Positions 23,776-31,741 are shown, counted from the first letter of the stretch. The stretch is 32,000 bases of DNA from Pseudodesulfovibrio mercurii (GCF_000189295.2 NC_016803.1:3660001-3692000), one strand, 5' to 3'. Program-made: numbers and translations. Notes: a model not told the origin generated them from the sequence alone.

Positions 23776-24324
23776 ATGCCCAACCAGAATTACGTTCTTT
23801 TCAGCGGCGGCGCCCAGGGTGCCGAGAATCAGTTCGGCAAGCTCGCCGAGTACCACGGCCTGTCCGAGGTGAACTTCACCTTCGAAGGCCACCGCATCGA
23901 GCGCACCCGCGGCGTGCGGGTCCTGACCGACGAGGAACTGACCCAGAAGGACGTCAGCCTGACCTACGTGTCCAGGCTCCTGAACCGCAAGTTCACCAAC
24001 GCGGAAAAGATGCGCAAGGTCCTGCAGACCATCATGTGGCAGGTGGACGCCAGCCAGCAGATCTTCGTGGTCGGCACCATCCTGGACGACGGCACGGTCA
24101 AGGGCGGCACCGGCTGGGGTGCGGAGTTCGCCAAGATCTGCAACAAGGAGCTGTTCGTCTTCGACCAGGCCAAGGATGCATGGTCCACCTGGGAGCACGG
24201 CGCGTGGGTCGCGGTGGACGCCCCCAAGATCACCGCCGGCCACTTCACCGGCACCGGCACCCGCTTCCTTGAGGAAAACGGCAAGAAGGCGCTGGAGGAT
24301 TTGTTCTCCCGTTCCTTCAAATAG
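23776..24324 (+). CDS. hypothetical protein, possible SLOG-like (LOG/DprA/YpsA-type) Rossmann fold
   Basis: N-terminal VLFSGGAQGAENQFGKLA and C-terminal FTGTGTRFLEENG resemble the two glycine-rich loops of SLOG-superfamily proteins. AAGGAGAG RBS and native GC content. Confidence 0.6.
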   Translation: MPNQNYVLFSGGAQGAENQFGKLAEYHGLSEVNFTFEGHRIERTRGVRVLTDEELTQKDVSLTYVSRLLNRKFTNAEKMRKVLQTIMWQVDASQQIFVVGTILDDGTVKGGTGWGAEFAKICNKELFVFDQAKDAWSTWEHGAWVAVDAPKITAGHFTGTGTRFLEENGKKALEDLFSRSFK

Positions 24325-24344
24325 CGTTTTCGCACGACGGATAT

Positions 24345-24384
24345 AAAAGGCGGCCCGGATCACATCCGGGCCGCCTTTTTTCGT
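24345..24384. terminator. bidirectional terminator hairpin, left copy of 40-bp direct repeat
   Basis: Sequence AAAAGGCGGCCCGGATCACATCCGGGCCGCCTTTTTTCGT. It forms a perfect 15-bp stem (24345-24359 with 24365-24379) with loop TCACA. It lies 21 nt after the stop at 24324. Confidence 0.85.
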
Positions 24385-25082
24385 TGCATGTTGTCAAAGT
24401 AAATTGCATATAAAGAAAATGAGTATAGATAGTATTGACAGAAACAGGTTGCGTGATCTTTATCACGAGTTCGATCAATTTTTGGCTTCTATTCATGGTC
24501 TTTATTTAGATGCGTGCATAGGGTTTCGTCTAATAAATGTGAACCTTGATGAGAAACAGTCAGAATTAATAAAACTGATGGGAGGAAAAAGTTCTGGACT
24601 TCTAAGCTTACTCAATTTTTCTCATGAGAAATTCTATGGGGGAGAGTTTGCAGCATCTGGACTACATAGACCAAAAGTAGCAGATATTCGTGAGAGGACT
24701 GAAGAGAATGGTCGCAATGCAAATCTTGTAGGTGGAATGTGTGTGATTTCTTTATATGAGCATTGGGATGCGTATTTGCAAAATGAAATTGCAATAGCGA
24801 TTGGTCTGTCGAACAAGGATGATTTGAAGCATGATTTTTGGGGTGATATGCGAGATTTGAGGAATTATATAGTCCATCACGGAAGAAGAAATAGGAAAAA
24901 ATTGAAAAAAATGAAGCTATTGACTATGTGGCGTGATGATGGCGTTGTGGAGATCAATAATGAAGTAATAGCAATCATATTTAGACATTGCTTTCGGTTT
25001 AGAAATGAAATTCATACAATAAGTTTACCGCCACGACCAACTTTGCGTATCCCTTATTCCTGGAAGTAGTTAACAGGATATG
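24385..25082. mobile_element. AT-rich single-gene cassette bounded by the duplicated terminator
   Basis: About 700 bp at roughly 35% G+C, lying between identical 40-mers at 24345-24384 and 25083-25122. It carries one ORF and no recombinase gene. Confidence 0.6.
24419..25069 (+). CDS. hypothetical protein, candidate HEPN-type RNase (RNxxxH motif)
   Basis: The motif MRDLRNYIVHHG has its R codon at 24860-24862 and its H codon at 24875-24877. The protein looks largely helical and is followed by a basic stretch, RRNRKKLKKMK. The start is either the ATG at 24419 or the ORF-track TTG at 24404. Confidence 0.65.
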   Translation: MSIDSIDRNRLRDLYHEFDQFLASIHGLYLDACIGFRLINVNLDEKQSELIKLMGGKSSGLLSLLNFSHEKFYGGEFAASGLHRPKVADIRERTEENGRNANLVGGMCVISLYEHWDAYLQNEIAIAIGLSNKDDLKHDFWGDMRDLRNYIVHHGRRNRKKLKKMKLLTMWRDDGVVEINNEVIAIIFRHCFRFRNEIHTISLPPRPTLRIPYSWK

Positions 25083-25122
25083 AAAAGGCGGCCCGGATCA
25101 CATCCGGGCCGCCTTTTTTCGT
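25083..25122. terminator. bidirectional terminator hairpin, right copy of 40-bp direct repeat
   Basis: Identical 40-mer to 24345-24384. It lies 18 nt beyond the stop (25140) of the minus-strand sigma-54 activator gene. Confidence 0.85.
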
Positions 25123-25139
25123 ATCGTTTCCAGCCGAAG

Positions 25140-26723
25140 CTAGACTTCGAGCTTCTTCTTGGGCTTTTTCTTGGTCTGCGAGTACTTCTTCACGTCGATG
25201 TTGTACTTCTTCACCTTGTAGTTGACGATCCGGTAGGACACGCGCAGGTCGCGGGCCGATTGCAGCATGTTGCCGCCGGTCTTCTTGAGCGAGTCGATGA
25301 GCAGCTCCTGCTCGAACTTGGCCACGGCCTCGCCGAAGGAGAGGTTGGTGCCCGTGGCCGAACTCTCGGCCGACTGCAGGGTCGGCGGCAGATGGTAGGT
25401 GCGGATGACCTGCTCCTCGCAGAGCAGGACCGCGCGCTCCATGCAGTTCTTCAGCTCGCGCACGTTTCCTGGCCAGTGGTACATGACCAGCAGCTCGATG
25501 GCGGGCGTGGAGATGCGCTTGACCTCCTTGCCGTATTCGTCGGTGAATTCGGCCAGGAAGTGTTCCGCGAGAGGCAGGATGTCCTCTCGCCGCTCCTTGA
25601 GGGGCGGTATGAAGATGGGGAAGACGTTGATGCGGTAGTACAGGTCCTCGCGGAACAGCCCCTTTTCCAGCAGCTCCTCGAGCGGCTGGTGGGTGGCGCA
25701 GATGAGGCGCACGTCCACGGTGATGGTCTGTTCGGAACCGACCCGCTGGATCTCTTTTTCCTGGATGGCCCGCAGCACCTTGGCCTGGGCGTCCATGGAC
25801 AGCTCGCCGATCTCGTCCAGGAACAGGGTGCCCTGGTCCGCCACCTCGAACAGGCCGCGCTTGGTCTGGAAGGCACCGGTGAAGGCGCCCTTCTGGTGGC
25901 CGAACAGCTCGGACTCGATGAGTTCGCTGGGCAGGGCCGCGCAGTTCAGCTTGATGAGCGGCTTGTCCGCCCGTGGGCTGGCCTGGTGGATGGCCTCGGC
26001 CAGGAGCTCCTTGCCGGTGCCGGACTCGCCGCGCAGCAACGCCGTGGCCCGGCTCGGGGCCACCTGGGTGGACTGGCGCAGGACCAGGCGCATGGCCTTG
26101 GAGGCGGCCACGAAGTCCTTGGGCGGGGTGGTGTCGGCTCCCCCGGCCATGAGGCCCTGGGAGAGCAGGTGGTTCTGGGTGGCCATCTCCTCCTGGAGCT
26201 GGGCCACGTGCCCGGCGATGATGCCCGCCACCACCTCGAGGAAGTCGCGGTGGGCGGCCATGTCGTCGGCAGGGATGAGCGGCACGTCCACGGACAGGGC
26301 CCCGATGACCTCGGACTCGTCCGAGCGCAGGTTGATGACCGGGACGCAGATGAAGCCGAGCTTGCGGAGCTCCTCCGGGCTGCGGCCGAAGGCCTTGTTC
26401 AGGAACTCGGGATCGTCTGACATGCGCGGCACGCTGATGGACTGGCCCGAGTCGAAGACCCGCCCGATGATGCCCCGGCCCGGCGAGTAGGTCACGTCGT
26501 CGGACTGGGCCGGGCTGTACGTCAGCGAGAGCTTCAGGTTCTCGGTCTTGGGGTCCATGATGACCATGAACGCCCGGACGTATTCCATATCCAGGGCCAG
26601 GGTCTTCAGGAGCGCGTTGAGCGATTCCTCGAGGGTCGTTTCCTTCCTCAAGGTCTCCTGAATGGTCCTCAGCGTGTGCAGGTAGCTGAGATCCCCGGAG
26701 TGGTCCTGTGTGTTGGTTGCCAT
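25140..26723 (-). CDS. sigma-54-dependent transcriptional activator with N-terminal GAF domain (NifA-like architecture)
   Basis: AAA+ motifs GESGTGKE and GAFTGA, plus DEIGEL, WPGNVRELKN and a C-terminal Fis-type HTH. Its start lies 10 nt downstream of the iorB stop. Confidence 0.9.
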   Translation of the reverse strand: MATNTQDHSGDLSYLHTLRTIQETLRKETTLEESLNALLKTLALDMEYVRAFMVIMDPKTENLKLSLTYSPAQSDDVTYSPGRGIIGRVFDSGQSISVPRMSDDPEFLNKAFGRSPEELRKLGFICVPVINLRSDESEVIGALSVDVPLIPADDMAAHRDFLEVVAGIIAGHVAQLQEEMATQNHLLSQGLMAGGADTTPPKDFVAASKAMRLVLRQSTQVAPSRATALLRGESGTGKELLAEAIHQASPRADKPLIKLNCAALPSELIESELFGHQKGAFTGAFQTKRGLFEVADQGTLFLDEIGELSMDAQAKVLRAIQEKEIQRVGSEQTITVDVRLICATHQPLEELLEKGLFREDLYYRINVFPIFIPPLKERREDILPLAEHFLAEFTDEYGKEVKRISTPAIELLVMYHWPGNVRELKNCMERAVLLCEEQVIRTYHLPPTLQSAESSATGTNLSFGEAVAKFEQELLIDSLKKTGGNMLQSARDLRVSYRIVNYKVKKYNIDVKKYSQTKKKPKKKLEV

Positions 26724-26733
26724 TGTACTTTCT

Positions 26734-27330
26734 CTAGGAGTTCAGGGCCTTGACGCCGAGCTCCAGGGCTTTGAGGTTCACGGCCTGAATCTTGGCGGGC
26801 ATGTTCGCCTTGATGGCGGCCTCCAGGGCCTCGGGGCCGAAGGGCAGTTCGCCCGCCGCGCACAGGGCGCCGAGCATGGCCACGTTGCCTGCCTGCACCG
26901 CGCCCGCCTCCAGGCCGATGGACTGGTTGGCCATGAAGTACGCCTTGCTCGTGCAGGTGGACACGGCCTTCTTGATGTCGTCGATGGTCGGGCAGTCCTG
27001 TTTGCCCATGGCCACGGACAGGGGCGGCATGTACTCGGTGGACGAGACCACCAGGCCGCCCTGGCGCAGGTAGGGCAGGGCGCGCATGGTCTCCATGGGC
27101 TCGAACCCGAGGAGGATGTCGGCCTCGCCGAGACCGATCTTGGGCGACTTGCAGCCGATGAGCACGGTGGACTCGACCACGCCGCCGCGCTGGGCCATGC
27201 CGTGGATTTCGCCGGAGGTCACGGTCAGGCCCTGGCTGAGGACGGTCTTGGCCAGCAGGGTGGTGGCGGTCAGGGTGCCCTGGCCGCCCACGCCGGTCAT
27301 GAATATGCGGATTTTCTTGGTATCGGCCAT
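26734..27330 (-). CDS. iorB: indolepyruvate:ferredoxin oxidoreductase subunit beta
   Basis: MTGVGGQGTLTATTLLAK, a 2-oxoacid:ferredoxin oxidoreductase gamma-type domain. Directly follows iorA. I prefer the ATG at 27330. Confidence 0.85.
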   Translation of the reverse strand: MADTKKIRIFMTGVGGQGTLTATTLLAKTVLSQGLTVTSGEIHGMAQRGGVVESTVLIGCKSPKIGLGEADILLGFEPMETMRALPYLRQGGLVVSSTEYMPPLSVAMGKQDCPTIDDIKKAVSTCTSKAYFMANQSIGLEAGAVQAGNVAMLGALCAAGELPFGPEALEAAIKANMPAKIQAVNLKALELGVKALNS

Positions 27331-27332
27331 GG

Positions 27333-29165
27333 TTAGCCTCTCTTCTTGGCTTTGATGTGTCCGCAGACCTGGAGGCAGAGCATGCAGCCGTTGCACAGGA
27401 TCGGATTGACGGCGGCCTTGCCGCCTTCCTTGTACATGGCCGGGCAGGCCAACTTGTCCAGGCAGTCGAACCGGCCGGTGCAGGACTCGGCCACATAGGC
27501 CACCTGCGGGGCGACCTTCTTGTAGACCCGGCGGGTGTAGAGCGGGCAGGGCTCCTTGGCGATGAGCACGCGCACGCCGGTCATGTCCTTCAGCTCTTCC
27601 ATGGCGGCCATGGTCTTCTTCTGGTTGAACGGGTTGACCGTGCGCACCTCGGTGACGCCCAGGCCGCGCACGGCGGTCTCGATGTCCAGGGGATGGTCGT
27701 TGTCGCCGATGACCGTCTTGTCCACGCCCGGGTTGGGCTGGTGGCCGGTCATGGCCGTGGTCCGGTTGTCCAGGACGATGATGAGGATGTCATGGCTGTT
27801 GAAGACCGCGTTGGCCACGCCGGTCAGGCCGGAATGGAAGAAGGTCGAGTCGCCGATGAAGCCGACCACGGTCCGGCCGGTGGCCTTGGCCATGCCGCTG
27901 CCCGCCGAGATGGACGAGCCCATGCACAGCAGGAAGTCGGCGGTCTGCAGGGGGGGCAGCAGGCCGAGAGTGTAGCAGCCGATGTCCGAGGAGTAGATGG
28001 CGTCGTCGCCGAAGACCTTGCGCGCGGCGAAATAGGTGCCGCGGTGCGGGCAGCCCGCGCAGAGGTTCGGCGGACGGCCCGGCAGGTCGGGCAGGGAACA
28101 TTCGCAGGTGGGCACCGGCCCCTGGCCGAGGCCCTCGCGGATGACGTTCTCGACCATGGTCACGGTGAACTCGTCGTTGCGCGGGAGCACGTCCTTGCCC
28201 TTGATCTCGATGTCGAGCTTGTGCTTCTGGGCCAGGACGCGGAGGTCGTTCTCCAGGACCGGTTCCAGCTCCTCGACCACCAGGACCGTGTCCACGGACT
28301 TGAGGAAGTCGAGGCACTTGTTCTCGGGCAGGGGGTGGGAGAAGCCCAGCTCCAGGATGGTGACCTGGTCGGCCAACCCCGCGTTGTCCAGGGCGTCGGC
28401 CACGTAGGCGCGGGAGATGCCCGAGCAGGCGATGCCGTATTTGCCGCTGCCGGAAACGGTGTTGTACGGGGAGTTCTCGGACTCCTCCTGCAGGGCGGCC
28501 ATGCGCTCCATGAGGCGGACGTGCATGGGCCGGGAAAATGCCGGGATGGGCACGTTGTGGGACGGATTGCGGGTGAAGCCGGCGGGCTTGCCCGGGTCCG
28601 GGGCCGGACCGAAGGTGACCGCGCCGCGCAGGTGGTTCACGCGGGTGGTGGTGCGCAGGAGCAGAGGCGCACTGTGCTTTTTCGAAAGGAGCAGGCCGTC
28701 GCGGGCCATGTCCTTGGCCTCCTGGGCCGAGGCGGGCTCGAAGACCGGCATGCCGCCGAGGCGGGCGTAGATGCGGTTGTCCTGCTCGTTCTGGCTGGAA
28801 TGGCAACCGGGGTCGTCGGCGGACAGGAGCATCAGCCCGCCGGGAGCGCCCACGTAGCACAGGGTCATGAGCGGATCGGCGGCCACGTTCACGCCCACGT
28901 GCTTCATGGTGCACATGGCCATGGCGCCGCCCAGGGTCGCGCCTCCGGCCACCTCGAGGGCGACCTTTTCATTGACCGAGTATTCGAAGTAGTACTTGCC
29001 TTCGGGCGAGATGCGGTAGAGCGTGTCGGGCACCTCGCTGGACGGGGTGCCGGGGTAGCAGGTTACCACCTGGATGCCCGCCTCCACGGCGCCGCGCACG
29101 ATGGCTTCGTTGCCGAGGAGCAGCTGGGTGACGCCGGGGGTGTCACCCAAGAGCGGATTTGCCAT
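27333..29165 (-). CDS. iorA: indolepyruvate:ferredoxin oxidoreductase subunit alpha
   Basis: Contains LLLGNEAIVRGAVEAGIQVVTCYPGTPSSEV, a TPP-binding region GDSTFFHSG, and a C-terminal CxxCxxC ferredoxin-like motif. Confidence 0.9.
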   Translation of the reverse strand: MANPLLGDTPGVTQLLLGNEAIVRGAVEAGIQVVTCYPGTPSSEVPDTLYRISPEGKYYFEYSVNEKVALEVAGGATLGGAMAMCTMKHVGVNVAADPLMTLCYVGAPGGLMLLSADDPGCHSSQNEQDNRIYARLGGMPVFEPASAQEAKDMARDGLLLSKKHSAPLLLRTTTRVNHLRGAVTFGPAPDPGKPAGFTRNPSHNVPIPAFSRPMHVRLMERMAALQEESENSPYNTVSGSGKYGIACSGISRAYVADALDNAGLADQVTILELGFSHPLPENKCLDFLKSVDTVLVVEELEPVLENDLRVLAQKHKLDIEIKGKDVLPRNDEFTVTMVENVIREGLGQGPVPTCECSLPDLPGRPPNLCAGCPHRGTYFAARKVFGDDAIYSSDIGCYTLGLLPPLQTADFLLCMGSSISAGSGMAKATGRTVVGFIGDSTFFHSGLTGVANAVFNSHDILIIVLDNRTTAMTGHQPNPGVDKTVIGDNDHPLDIETAVRGLGVTEVRTVNPFNQKKTMAAMEELKDMTGVRVLIAKEPCPLYTRRVYKKVAPQVAYVAESCTGRFDCLDKLACPAMYKEGGKAAVNPILCNGCMLCLQVCGHIKAKKRG

Positions 29166-29220
29166 GTTGCCTCTCCTGCGGCCGGGCGTGAACGTCCGGC
29201 CTTTCTATTTGATGATTCGG

Positions 29221-29874
29221 TTAGTTCATTTCCAACTGGGAGATCTTGTACTCGATGTAGGCCTTGTCGCCGACGTTCTCGCCGTCCAGCTTCTTGTAGG
29301 CGGCCAGGGCCTCGGCCTTGTCGCCCGCGGCCTCGGCGGCCAGGGCGAGCTGCCGGTAGACCGGCACGGTGTAGGCGGCGGAGGCCAGCCCGGCCAGCTC
29401 CTTCATCTCCTTGAGGGCCTCGGCGCCATTGCCTGCCAGGGCCATGGCCTTGGCGCGGCCCAGGCGGGCGACGAACTGCATCTCGCCCTCGGTCAGGCCG
29501 ACCAGGTCTTCCCAGTAGGCCTGGGCCTTGGCGTAGTCGCCCAGGGACATGGCCGTCTGGGCGGCCTCGAGGATGACGGCGGGCTTGACCGAGGCTGTCA
29601 CGTCCTGGCGCAGGGCCTCGAGCTTGGCCAGCCGGTCCGCGCCCACGGTGGTGACCATGATGTCGCCAAGGGCGGCCTGGGCGTTGGCCTCGGCCCGGGC
29701 GGCCCAGGCCTTGTAGCCCGCGTAGGCCACGGTCACGGCCAGGATGGCGCAGACCGCGAGGATCAGCTGCTTGCGGTACTTGAAGGCGGCTTCGAGGATG
29801 GGGTGCAGGGATTGGGGCGTGCGCGACTCGATGTCGGCCAGCACGTCGGGTTGAACGGGATTGGTTGCAGCCAT
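29221..29874 (-). CDS. membrane-anchored TPR-like protein (YfgM-like)
   Basis: A single N-terminal TM helix (LILAVCAILAVTVAYAGY) followed by Ala-rich helical repeats. I prefer the ATG at 29874, which has a GGAGG upstream. Confidence 0.65.
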   Translation of the reverse strand: MAATNPVQPDVLADIESRTPQSLHPILEAAFKYRKQLILAVCAILAVTVAYAGYKAWAARAEANAQAALGDIMVTTVGADRLAKLEALRQDVTASVKPAVILEAAQTAMSLGDYAKAQAYWEDLVGLTEGEMQFVARLGRAKAMALAGNGAEALKEMKELAGLASAAYTVPVYRQLALAAEAAGDKAEALAAYKKLDGENVGDKAYIEYKISQLEMN

Positions 29875-29979
29875 GGGATTTTCATGCCTCCATGAGGGTG
29901 ATTTTCGTGGGTGACGGGCCGGGAAGCAAGGCCCGGCAACGCAGAGGGCTTGATAAGCAAAATTGTAAAAAAGGTCAAA

Positions 29980-30010
29980 GGCTATTTTGGCGCGAAAAGG
30001 CAAAATAGCC
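29980..30010. promoter_or_regulatory. perfect 10-bp inverted repeat in a long divergent intergenic region
   Basis: GGCTATTTTG (29980-29989), an 11-nt spacer, then CAAAATAGCC (30001-30010). Confidence 0.3.
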
Positions 30011-30208
30011 AAAAACAGCGCTAGTAATCAAGCCGTTGCCGGAGCCGATAACAAAAAATGTAAATCCTTCGGCAATGGCCGGTCCAAAGTGTATTCGGTT
30101 CGTCAACGGGGGAATTGACTTCGGACCCCGGCGGAGGTTAGCAAATTGGGCCTGCCGGAACTGAATTTCCTTCGGTTGCGGCCATGACATTTTTCAAGGA
30201 GTGCGAGG

Positions 30209-31468
30209 ATGGACATACGCGAACAGATGGTGGAGATGGGCAAGCGGGCCAAGGCGGCCGCGCGGCGGCTTTCGGCGGCATCGGGCAAGGCCAAGCGGGA
30301 CGCCCTGCTGATCCTGGCCGACCTGCTGGAGGCCGAGTCTCCGGCCATTGCCGAGGCCAACAAGCTCGACCTCGACGCCGCGGCCGAGCGCGGCCTGGAC
30401 AAGGCCCGCGTGCAGCGGCTGACCATCAGCGACAAGGTGCTCAAGTCCATGGTCAACGGGTGCCGCGAGGTGGCGGCCATGGCCGACCCCGTGGGCGAGA
30501 TCGAGTCCATGGTCAAGCGGCCCAACGGCATGCTCGTGGGCCGCATGCGCGTGCCGCTCGGCGTGGTGGCCATGATCTACGAGTCCCGGCCCAACGCCAC
30601 GGTGGACGCGGGCATCCTCTGCCTCAAGGCGGGCAACGCGGTCATCCTGCGCGGCGGCAGCGAGGCCTTCCACTCCAACAAGTGCCTGGCGGAGCTGATG
30701 CACACGGCCCTGGAGCGGGCCGGGCTGCCCCGCGACGCGGTCCAGGTGCCGCCGACCACGGACCGCGCGGCCGTGACCGAACTGCTCAAGCTCGAAGAGT
30801 ACATCGACGTGGTCATCCCACGCGGCGGCGAGGGCCTCATCCGGGCCGTGACCAGCCAGGCGACCATGCCCGTGCTCAAGCACTACAAGGGAGTGTGCCA
30901 GATCTTCGCTGACGCCTCCTGCGACATCGACAAGGCCGTGCCGATTATCGAGAACGCCAAGATGCAGTACCCCAGCGGCTGCAACGCCGTGGAGTGCCTG
31001 CTAATCCATGAGGACGTGGCCGGGGCCCTGCTGCCCAGGGTGGCGGCGGCCATGGGCCCCAAGGGCGTGCAGTTTAGGGCCTGCCCCAGGTCCCTGCCCC
31101 TGCTCGGCGAGTTCGCCCGGCCCGCCGTGGACGCGGACTGGGGCTACGAGTTCCTGGACCTGATCCTGGCCGTCCGGGTGGTCCGGGACCTGGACGAGGC
31201 CATGGACTACATCGCGGCCCACGGCTCCAACCACACGGAGTCCATCCTGTCCGAGGACTACGCCAACTGCATGCGCTTCATTCGCGAGGTGGACGCCTCA
31301 CTGGTGGTGGCCAACGCGACCACGCGCTTCAACGACGGGGCGCAGCTCGGCCTGGGCGCGGAAATCGGCATCTCCACCTCCAAGCTGCACGCCTATGGCC
31401 CCATGGGCATCAAGGAGCTGACCAGCGCGAAGTTCGTCCTCCTGGGCGAAGGCCAAATTCGGGAGTAG
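30209..31468 (+). CDS. proA: glutamate-5-semialdehyde dehydrogenase (gamma-glutamyl phosphate reductase)
   Basis: Full-length ProA-like sequence: ANKLDL, YESRPNATVDA, the region around NAVECLLIH, and HGSNHTESI. Confidence 0.9.
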   Translation: MDIREQMVEMGKRAKAAARRLSAASGKAKRDALLILADLLEAESPAIAEANKLDLDAAAERGLDKARVQRLTISDKVLKSMVNGCREVAAMADPVGEIESMVKRPNGMLVGRMRVPLGVVAMIYESRPNATVDAGILCLKAGNAVILRGGSEAFHSNKCLAELMHTALERAGLPRDAVQVPPTTDRAAVTELLKLEEYIDVVIPRGGEGLIRAVTSQATMPVLKHYKGVCQIFADASCDIDKAVPIIENAKMQYPSGCNAVECLLIHEDVAGALLPRVAAAMGPKGVQFRACPRSLPLLGEFARPAVDADWGYEFLDLILAVRVVRDLDEAMDYIAAHGSNHTESILSEDYANCMRFIREVDASLVVANATTRFNDGAQLGLGAEIGISTSKLHAYGPMGIKELTSAKFVLLGEGQIRE

Positions 31469-31469
31469 T

Positions 31470-31594
31470 GGCGGCTTCCGAGAGCGGGCCATCCGCACAT
31501 TTTCTCCTGGGGGGCTTTCATCCTCACGTAGACGGCTACGCTGCGGTGAAAGCCCCCCAGGAGAAAATGCACGGCTGACCCACTCTCGAAAGCC
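31470..31594. repeat. family-A long palindromic repeat, copy A3
   Basis: A perfect 23-bp inner stem (31498-31520 with 31547-31569). The loop TCCTCACGTAGACGGCTACGCTGCGG is the reverse complement of the A1 loop, while the outer arms keep the A1 orientation. Confidence 0.85.
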
Positions 31595-31663
31595 TCGCTC
31601 CGTGCGGGCGCGGGGGGTTGAAAAAATTGAAAGAAATGGACCGTCCTTCGGGGCGGTTTTTTT
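31593..31663 (+). repeat. repeat module D1 ending in an intrinsic-terminator hairpin (31638-31663)
   Basis: The sequence is CCTCGCTCCGTGCGGGCGCGGGG, an A-rich linker, then GACCGTCCTTCGGGGCGGT followed by T7. It is 71 nt long and paralogous to 31801-31871. Confidence 0.65.
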
Positions 31664-31741
31664 CATTCTCACGTATGCCGCAATACGCTGCGGTGAAAGC
31701 CCCCTGGAATAAAATGCACGGCTGACCCACTCTCGAAAGCC
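31664..31741. repeat. family-A repeat, half copy A4 (loop plus right arm)
   Basis: The sequence is TCTCACGTATGCCGCAATACGCTGCGG, then TGAAAGCCCCCTGGAATAAAATGCAC, then GGCTGACCCACTCTCGAAAGCC. The right outer arm is identical to that of A3. Confidence 0.75.

Noticed and set aside
29975-30190. The 71-aa minus-strand ORF in the TPR-proA intergenic region.
   Set aside because: There is no RBS, its composition is atypical for coding DNA in this genome, and it spans the inverted repeat and probable promoter DNA.
31547-31741. The idea that A3 and A4 are a diversity-generating retroelement template/variable pair, or a retron.
   Set aside because: The differences between the copies are not adenine-specific. 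There is no reverse transcriptase gene in the window and no adjacent target gene.
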